A DNA stretch of 64,000 nucleotides from an uncultured Acidimicrobiaceae bacterium. GTDB taxonomy: Bacteria > Actinomycetota > Acidimicrobiia > Acidimicrobiales > RAAP-2. The notes beneath the pieces were generated by a model, which searched no databases, was not told the DNA's origin, and was given only the letters and a program-made list of their open reading frames with translations. The translations under genes and the position numbers were made by a program. The DNA is taken from NCBI GenBank assembly GCA_963777665.1, contig CAVZRJ010000004.1:71996-135995 (forward strand). The letters run 5' to 3'. Positions 58,043 through 64,000 of this stretch are shown here, in pieces. Within the stretch, counting starts at the first letter, position 1, and every line of letters starts with the position of its first letter.

Positions 58043-59200
58043 ATGAGTAATACGAGCCAAGGCGAAGGATGGTGGCAGGCATCGGACGGGAAGTGGTATC
58101 CGCCCCATCTGAAGCCGGAGCCTGTCCTTCCTCTCCCGCCTCAAGCTGAAGTCCCTTCGGACCCCGAGGCTGCGCCTATCAAGGTGCCGTCAGCAGTCGC
58201 CGCTTCTGAACCTATTGCCACGGTTCCCAATGCTCAAGCCCACACTCCAACTTTGCCGTCGACCACCCTACGACGTTGGAATCGATCGAAGGCACTTTGG
58301 GCCGGTGCCGCCGTCGCAGCACTCGCAGTCGCAGGAGCAGGAGTGGTCATCACGGCATGTGGCTCCTCTACCGCTGCCCCCCCGCCCACCACGACGGCTT
58401 CTGTGGCTTCTCAGTGGGACTCTGGCGTACTTGTACTGGAGACGGGTACTGCTGCGGTTTCCAGCGGTTTCCAAGAGGTTAGCAACTCAGCGATTAAGGC
58501 TGGCTGTCAACAGATCCTCAATGAAGTGCAGACTCTTCGGCCGATGCCTGCACCACCGGGACTTAGCTTCGGTGGGTACCAGGAGTTAAAGACAGCTTTG
58601 TCGTATTTCAAGACTGGCGGTAATCAGTGCATTACGGGAATCAGTTTGGGCGGCCTCCTCAACCCTGTCACCGATACCGGTGGCGGAGGTATCGGATCTA
58701 TCGCCCTGGCAGGCGAATCTTTCAACTCTGGCATGATGACTATTCTCACCCAGACAGATAGCGAACTGTCGAGTGTGTGGTCGACCGCAGCGGGCCACAG
58801 TCCGGTGCTCTATCCGACGACCACGACAACTACGACACCGCCTCCCACCACAACGACCGCCGCATCCGATTCGCAATCGATTGAGCCACCTTTTCCGCCC
58901 GGTGGAGTGGGGGAGCCGTGGCAGCCTGCACCTCCGTCTCTTGTGTCTGCAGTTGCCGAAAGCGGCGATTCAACTGGCTCCCTCTGGATGGCGCAAGATC
59001 CGAACTCAGCAGCGTGGTACGAGGTGGTAGATGTGACCGAGCAACCGGGCGGGACTGAAGTGGTGGGTAACTTGGTCAACCACGTCAACGGCCAATGGGT
59101 TGGGGCCAATAACCTGGGTGTGACGGGATGGACTTGCGGCAAGCCCTCTAACGTGGTCTCCGATTTTGGGCTTCCACACCACATGGTGGACTGCGGTTGA
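58043..59200 (+). CDS. membrane protein paralogue 1: W-rich N-terminal motif, TM, Thr/Pro-linker ectodomain
   Basis: GEGWWQASDGKWYPPH (short DUF2510-like motif), TM ALWAGAAVAALAVAGAGVVITA, and a C-terminal Cys pair. Confidence 0.7.
   Translation: MSNTSQGEGWWQASDGKWYPPHLKPEPVLPLPPQAEVPSDPEAAPIKVPSAVAASEPIATVPNAQAHTPTLPSTTLRRWNRSKALWAGAAVAALAVAGAGVVITACGSSTAAPPPTTTASVASQWDSGVLVLETGTAAVSSGFQEVSNSAIKAGCQQILNEVQTLRPMPAPPGLSFGGYQELKTALSYFKTGGNQCITGISLGGLLNPVTDTGGGGIGSIALAGESFNSGMMTILTQTDSELSSVWSTAAGHSPVLYPTTTTTTTPPPTTTTAASDSQSIEPPFPPGGVGEPWQPAPPSLVSAVAESGDSTGSLWMAQDPNSAAWYEVVDVTEQPGGTEVVGNLVNHVNGQWVGANNLGVTGWTCGKPSNVVSDFGLPHHMVDCG
58070..58222 (+). repeat. 153-bp block identical to 59352..59504 (direct repeat, offset 1282 bp)
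   Basis: Base-by-base comparison of the two gene 5' regions. Flanks are similar but mismatched on both sides. Confidence 0.9.
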
Positions 59201-59324
59201 GTGTCCGCCCTCAGCAGGTCTGGACTCAAGACTGCGAGAACGGCGTTGCAGCCGCCGCCGGTTAGCGAGGACTGGCGTGATTGCCGCCCAGTGCTCCTTG
59301 TGATTCCAGTGGGATGGAACTCGC

Positions 59325-61055
59325 ATGAGTGACACAGGCCAGGGCGGGGGGTGGTGGCAGGCATCGGACGGGAAGTGGTATCCGCCCCATCTGAAGCCGG
59401 AGCCTGTCCTTCCTCTCCCGCCTCAAGCTGAAGTCCCTTCGGACCCCGAGGCTGCGCCTATCAAGGTGCCGTCAGCAGTCGCCGCTTCTGAACCTATTGC
59501 CACGCTTTCCAATGCTCAAGCCCACACTCCAACTTTGTCATCGACCCCCCTACGACGTTGGAATCGATCGAAGGCGCTCTGGGCCGGTGCTGCCGTCGCT
59601 CTAGTGGCCGCAGCCGTCATCGCAGCAGTGGCTCTTGTCCCTTCTCACAAGGGCGTCAGCACCGCTCAGAACGGTGCCAACCACAACAGCACACCCAATC
59701 AGACGAGGTGGTCAAATGGTCACCAGATTGACACCAGTGGAACCGGCTTGAACTCCATTTCTTGCCCAACAACCGATTTCTGTGTTGCCGTCAACGGCGG
59801 CGGATCGGTGCTTGCCGTCAACGGCGGCGGTGCAGTCTCCAGTCAGCAGATTGATTACAATACGAACGTTAACGGCCAGGTCGGTCTGTATTCCGTTTCT
59901 TGTGCAACGTCCACCTTCTGCGTTGCCGTGGACGGAGCGGGAAATGAGTTCACCTATTCCGGAGGCATCTGGTCGAACGGCCAGCAGATCGACAACAGCA
60001 CCTTTTCCAATGGCGGCCAAGAGCCCCTGCTTTCCGTTTCTTGTGCAACTTCCACCTTCTGTGTTGCCGTGGACGGAGCGGGAAATGAGTTCACCTATTC
60101 CGGAGGCATCTGGTCGAACGGCCAGCAGATCGACAACAGCGGCTCACTTCTCGCCTCCGTGTCCTGCCCGACTGCGAGTGTCTGTGTTGCAGTAGACAAT
60201 GTCGGAACTGAGTTCACGTACTCTCAGGGCGCATGGGCGAGCGGTCAACGGGTAGACAGCAGCCACTCTGGTCTCAACTCAGTGTCTTGCCCCACCACGA
60301 CCTTCTGTGTTGCCTTAGGCAATGAATCCGAGTTCACTTACTCATCAGGATCTTGGTCTAACGGAACACAGATTGACAGTGAAACAAATGGCTTTGCTAA
60401 ATCGGCCATCCTCGCCTCCGTGTCCTGCCCGACTGCGAGTTTCTGTGTCGCAGTGGACAACGGCGGATACGACTTCACCTATTCCGGAGGCGAGTGGTCG
60501 GACAGTCAGCAGATTGGCAGTGACATTGTGAACGGCAACAACCGGACCGTCTTGACCTCTGTCTCTTGCCCGACGACAAGCGTCTGCACCGCCGTGGATG
60601 GAGGCGGAAGCGGGTACGCATACACGGCCACGGCCGGAGATACACATACAAGCACGGCGCCTGCTCCGTTGACCCCGCCAACAACCACGACATCCGTACC
60701 TCAATCGACGACAACGACCACGGCTCCGACAGGTAGTCCTGGGTACCTTCCTGCACCTGCCGCCCTTCAACGGGCGGTCCTCGCTGCTCTAAATGGCGCA
60801 TACCCGGCGAACGAGGTGCTGGTGACTTATCGTCCCGACCCGAGTGATCCGGCTTGGGTGAACTTCGGAATCAATCCGGCTCCGGGATTTGAGAATGACG
60901 TGCAGGGTGCGGGAGGGATCGCCTACAACAGTGGCAATATGTGGACGATCGCTTCAGGTCCAGGCACGGCATTCATTGGATGTCCCCCAACGCAGATTCC
61001 AATCCCCGAATCTGTTCTTCAGGCATTTGGGATCGGCAGTTGTCCCAGTAGCTGA
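59325..61055 (+). CDS. membrane protein paralogue 2: same N-terminal module, ectodomain of seven ~40-aa Cys-containing repeats
   Basis: The N-terminal ~95 aa are near-identical to paralogue 1. The repeats have the form L.SVSC(P/A)T..FCVAVD..G.EFTYSGG.WS.GQQID. Confidence 0.75.
   Translation: MSDTGQGGGWWQASDGKWYPPHLKPEPVLPLPPQAEVPSDPEAAPIKVPSAVAASEPIATLSNAQAHTPTLSSTPLRRWNRSKALWAGAAVALVAAAVIAAVALVPSHKGVSTAQNGANHNSTPNQTRWSNGHQIDTSGTGLNSISCPTTDFCVAVNGGGSVLAVNGGGAVSSQQIDYNTNVNGQVGLYSVSCATSTFCVAVDGAGNEFTYSGGIWSNGQQIDNSTFSNGGQEPLLSVSCATSTFCVAVDGAGNEFTYSGGIWSNGQQIDNSGSLLASVSCPTASVCVAVDNVGTEFTYSQGAWASGQRVDSSHSGLNSVSCPTTTFCVALGNESEFTYSSGSWSNGTQIDSETNGFAKSAILASVSCPTASFCVAVDNGGYDFTYSGGEWSDSQQIGSDIVNGNNRTVLTSVSCPTTSVCTAVDGGGSGYAYTATAGDTHTSTAPAPLTPPTTTTSVPQSTTTTTAPTGSPGYLPAPAALQRAVLAALNGAYPANEVLVTYRPDPSDPAWVNFGINPAPGFENDVQGAGGIAYNSGNMWTIASGPGTAFIGCPPTQIPIPESVLQAFGIGSCPSS
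59352..59504 (+). repeat. 153-bp block identical to 58070..58222
   Basis: See partner repeat. Confidence 0.9.
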
Positions 61056-61205
61056 GGGGCGGAAGATCAAGAGCGATGTCACCCATATGATCGATACCTG
61101 CTCAAGTGCATAACGGCTAACGACGATCCACGCTGGGCCACGGCGATTCACGAGGCGGGTCACGCCGTGGCCGCCAACGCAGACGGAGTAGGTCAGCACA
61201 CTGCT

Positions 61206-62324
61206 CTACGTCACTGGCTGATTGACCGATGGGGAAGGATGATCGTCATGACGCCAGAGAGTAATGACGACACCGTCCGAAGCGATCACCCATGTCCAGA
61301 TGTCATCCACCAGCAAGTACATGTCTTCACGGTTGCCGGGTTGCCATTCGCCTCGGACGAGAGTCTCGGACAATGCATGACGAAGCAGAACTTCTGTATC
61401 GGCCACCTTCCTATCCATCGAGCTCCTGGTGGCGAATGCCTTGACCGCCCGAGGAAGAACGGGGGCCGTGTAGGGATCGAATGTCTGACTGAGCTCGTCA
61501 ATGGACAGCCGTGGCCCACCAGTCAGTCTGTGTCTCTTACCACCGAACCTGGACCGTTTTCCCGAGAACACCTGAGAAGGCAATCGTTCGAAGTGCCGGG
61601 TGGTGTAGTAGGTAATCATCCGTCCATTCGGTGATACGGAAACCCTGAACTTCTCTACTTCGAGTCGGTGAAAACCTGATGCTGTTCGGGAATACTTCCC
61701 TCTGAGCATTGCCTTCCGGGCCACCAGCCTGATCTCGTCAATCGCTGTTGGAGCCGTAACACGATGGTGATTTGCAAAAGCCTTCTGTGTGTTCGTGCTG
61801 ACCTGGATGTGATCGGCATCGAACGTCTCGGGCGACAAGTCCGGAAGAGCCCGATCTGCCTCGACGTCACGGTCGGCGAAGCGCTGCTCTGCATCAAAGA
61901 AGTCAAAATCCTCTCTGACGGTGAGAGTTGGTCGTCGGGCCTGGGCCGTACGATTCGAGATGTGGGTCGGTCCGTCTATCGGTTTGGGATCTGGATGGAC
62001 CGCAATGTGCGTTGGGTCACCACAATGCTCGGCGTCAATCGGAATCACCCGATCGCAGTCAGCCCCGGAGAGCTCTCTGCAACGGACCGTTGGGGTGTCT
62101 CCCCTGAAGGTTGGCACTACTCTCCCCTTGAAGGCTGTCGGCATTGCACTGTGGAGGTGAGGCTCGGAGGGGCACGGTTCGCAGTCCGATGTGTGCGACC
62201 AGTCCGACAGAGCTGGCAGCAATGAGGTCACATCGAGAGCATCGACCCGATTCCGGCCAACTTGAGACTTGGCGGACTGTGGTGGGTTCCACTTGGATGG
62301 ACGAACATGTTTGTTTGATGGCAA
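61206..62324 (-). CDS. hypothetical protein (372 aa) with Cys/His-rich N-terminal part and an internally duplicated C-terminal module
   Basis: Track ORF. VTAPTAIDEIRLVARKAM...FRVSVSPNGRMITYYT and YTAPVLPRAVKAFATRSSM...WTWVIASDGVVITLWR look like two copies of one small domain. Confidence 0.5.
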   Translation of the reverse strand: MPSNKHVRPSKWNPPQSAKSQVGRNRVDALDVTSLLPALSDWSHTSDCEPCPSEPHLHSAMPTAFKGRVVPTFRGDTPTVRCRELSGADCDRVIPIDAEHCGDPTHIAVHPDPKPIDGPTHISNRTAQARRPTLTVREDFDFFDAEQRFADRDVEADRALPDLSPETFDADHIQVSTNTQKAFANHHRVTAPTAIDEIRLVARKAMLRGKYSRTASGFHRLEVEKFRVSVSPNGRMITYYTTRHFERLPSQVFSGKRSRFGGKRHRLTGGPRLSIDELSQTFDPYTAPVLPRAVKAFATRSSMDRKVADTEVLLRHALSETLVRGEWQPGNREDMYLLVDDIWTWVIASDGVVITLWRHDDHPSPSVNQPVT

Positions 62325-62447
62325 GGCGCAGGAGTTCCAACTCGACCGATGAGCTTGAGGATCTCACCTCTGGTCTCCCCCGGTTCCTCGGTCGATAGAA
62401 GCCGGTGAACAGAGCTCCGATGTTCCGACCCGGTGTTTCTGGCGTAG

Positions 62448-62648
62448 GTGAGCCAACATGGCATTGTGACAATGAGGAGGCGCTTGTATACCGTCGAGGA
62501 TCTTGCAGAGCTTGCCGAAGGTCTCCGTAGGCTTCTCGACGCCATCGAGGACGGTTCGCTGGAAGCTGATGCCGGCACGATCTCTCGCCTCGAAGGGGCG
62601 GCGGCGGCCATCCAGGCCCTCGCCGAAGGTCAGAAACCTCGCATCTGA
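62448..62648 (+). CDS. small helical hypothetical protein upstream of the recombinase (alternative start ATG 62472)
   Basis: MRRRLYTVEDLAELAEGLRRLLDAIEDGSLEADAGTISRLEGAAAAIQALAEG. It ends 34 nt before the recombinase gene. Confidence 0.45.
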   Translation: MSQHGIVTMRRRLYTVEDLAELAEGLRRLLDAIEDGSLEADAGTISRLEGAAAAIQALAEGQKPRI

Positions 62649-62681
62649 TGTACCTATACGGACGTTTTGGTATAATCAGGC

Positions 62682-63368
62682 ATGGCTCAAGCGAAGAAGA
62701 TCGGCTCGAAGAAGGCTCGGGACCGAACCGAAGCGGTCATCGGCTACATCCGGGTCTCGACCGACCAGCAGGCAGAGTCGGGAGCCGGGATGGCTGCTCA
62801 GCGATCCGCCATTCGTCGCCAGTGCGACCAGCACGGCTGGGAACTGGCCGCCATCTACGAGGACAACGGTGCCAGCGCCAAGACCCTGAAGGGACGTCCT
62901 GGGCTGACCGAGGCCTTGAGGTGCTCGCCAAGCGGAGGGGCTTCTGCTCTTGTCGTGGCCAAGCTCGACCGGCTAGCGAGGAGCGTGCATGACTTTGCCG
63001 GTCTGGTGCGGATAGCTGAGCGGGAGGGATGGGGAATCGTGGCGCTCGACCTCGGCGTGGACATGACGACGCCGACGGGTGGCCTCCTGGCCAACGTGAC
63101 CGCCTCGGTGGCTGAGTGGGAACGGCGGATCATCAGCCTGCGTACGTCCGAAGCTCTGGCTCAACGGAAGGCGGCTGGGGTCCAACTGGGCAGGCCCCGG
63201 AGCTTGGACCCGGTCATTGCAGACCGCATTCGGTCTCGTCGGGGCCAAGGGGCCACATTGCAGGCCATTGCAGACGAACTGAACGCCGATGCGATTGAAA
63301 CGCCATCAGGACGGGCATGGTCACCCGCCCTGGTGCGCAAGGTGACGCTTCAGGAGCCACGTTCCTAA
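62682..63368 (+). CDS. serine recombinase (resolvase/invertase family)
   Basis: IGYIRVSTDQQ (catalytic Ser), LVVAKLDRLARS, SVAEWERRIISLRTSEAL, and C-terminal HTH GATLQAIADELN. Confidence 0.9.
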   Translation: MAQAKKIGSKKARDRTEAVIGYIRVSTDQQAESGAGMAAQRSAIRRQCDQHGWELAAIYEDNGASAKTLKGRPGLTEALRCSPSGGASALVVAKLDRLARSVHDFAGLVRIAEREGWGIVALDLGVDMTTPTGGLLANVTASVAEWERRIISLRTSEALAQRKAAGVQLGRPRSLDPVIADRIRSRRGQGATLQAIADELNADAIETPSGRAWSPALVRKVTLQEPRS

Positions 63369-63427
63369 GCGATGAGCTAGCACCCAGCGCACTGTCTACG
63401 AGCGAGGGCCGTGATCTCGCCACCACT

Positions 63428-63742
63428 TTACGACTGAGCTTGGGGACCGGTTGCAGCAACCCGAATCGTTTTGAACATGGCATCGATCTTGGCGTCACTT
63501 GCACCAGCAACTGGTTTGCCTAGCTCGATGAATGAGATCGATGCCTGGCTCAGCCCGGATTTCGCCGCAAGCTCTTCCTGCGTCAGACCAGCCCGGTTGC
63601 GTGCAGCCGAGACGACCATGCCAACAGAGAAGGCGGCGACTTTCAGAGCATCAACAGAACGCTCTTTAGCGATTGGTACCCGTGGTGGATTCGGTCCCGG
63701 TCTCGGCACGAACCCCCAATATAGACGATGGCCCACCGCCAC
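63428..63742 (-). CDS. XRE-family helix-turn-helix protein (start uncertain)
   Basis: ARNRAGLTQEELAAKSGLSQASISFIELGK. Confidence 0.7.
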   Translation of the reverse strand: MAVGHRLYWGFVPRPGPNPPRVPIAKERSVDALKVAAFSVGMVVSAARNRAGLTQEELAAKSGLSQASISFIELGKPVAGASDAKIDAMFKTIRVAATGPQAQS

Positions 63743-63799
63743 CTCTGGCAGCCGACGTGACTTTCGAAGACCGACCAGGCGGCTTCGAGGTCTGGTTCA

Positions 63800-63997
63800 G
63801 TGAGCGGATCGCTCATGATCGATCATGACGATCTGGTGGAGGCATCGATACGGTGGCTCGAAGCCCAGCCTGGTGTTGAGAGCTTGCTCTACGAGGACCC
63901 TGTTGTGCTGATTGTGGACGGTCGGTGGGATGACGACCTCAGGAGCGAAATCAGGGCCTGGTGGAACGAGCACCTCGATGGGATCGACATCGCCTAG
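63800..63997 (+). CDS. hypothetical small acidic protein (65 aa)
   Basis: Track ORF, divergent from the XRE gene. No family recognised. Confidence 0.35.
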   Translation: MSGSLMIDHDDLVEASIRWLEAQPGVESLLYEDPVVLIVDGRWDDDLRSEIRAWWNEHLDGIDIA

Positions 63998-64000
63998 TTC

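Larger units (their letters stand above)
35230..64000. mobile_element. integrated, IS-riddled genomic island (integrase-proximal end at the tRNA fragment; right end not reached in window)
   Basis: There is an abrupt, by-eye drop in G+C and a change of codon style at ~35230. Integrase/Xis sit at the junction. The region contains four IS copies, truncated gene fragments, a serine recombinase and many orphan ORFs. Confidence 0.75.

Noticed and set aside
62140-62170. HLH tripeptide (EPHLHSAM) in the 372-aa orphan as a possible HUH rolling-circle Rep/relaxase motif.
   Set aside because: It is an isolated tripeptide without the hydrophobic context or a downstream catalytic Tyr motif that I could identify.

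Overview
This is a high-G+C, Actinomycetota-type chromosomal window in two parts.

(1) nt 1 to ~35.2 kb is conserved core. In order it holds: a glycan-type ABC exporter (permease + ATPase) with a GT4 glycosyltransferase, lepA, rpsT, an amino-acid SBP, a thioesterase / F420-LLM / crotonase / CMD cluster, and a TetR-P450(-ferredoxin remnant)-NTF2 unit. It continues with a Zn-ADH plus a Baeyer-Villiger-type monooxygenase, VapBC, a perfect LexA box in front of imuA'-imuB-dnaE2, holA, folP, a thioredoxin/TPR protein, a kinase-like protein, PAC2, DUF1707, a second F420-LLM and leuS.

(2) nt ~35.23 kb to the window end (>=28.8 kb) is a visibly lower-G+C, mosaic integrated element. It starts exactly where a tRNA-Ala(GGC)-like gene breaks off in its anticodon arm. 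It carries:
- a tyrosine integrase + Xis;
- two IS256 copies with perfect 9-bp TSDs, one of which splits a rep-like wHTH ORF;
- an IS5/IS1182-like element and an ISL3 element (22-bp perfect IRs, 8-bp TSD);
- a secreted/lipoprotein + VKOR module;
- a tight cluster of unrecognisable genes, including a PD-(D/E)xK-like + GIY-YIG-like pair and a divergent, translationally coupled 3-gene operon. This cluster is my best candidate for an undescribed, defence-like system;
- two paralogous membrane proteins sharing a 153-bp identical block;
- a 372-aa orphan and a serine recombinase.

No rRNA or CRISPR array was seen. Many conserved genes need single-nt frame corrections (leuS, dnaE2 twice, P450, CMD, integrase, transposases). 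Assembly indels versus real decay must therefore be resolved before any pseudogene claim. All family assignments are motif-level readings by eye; no searches were run.
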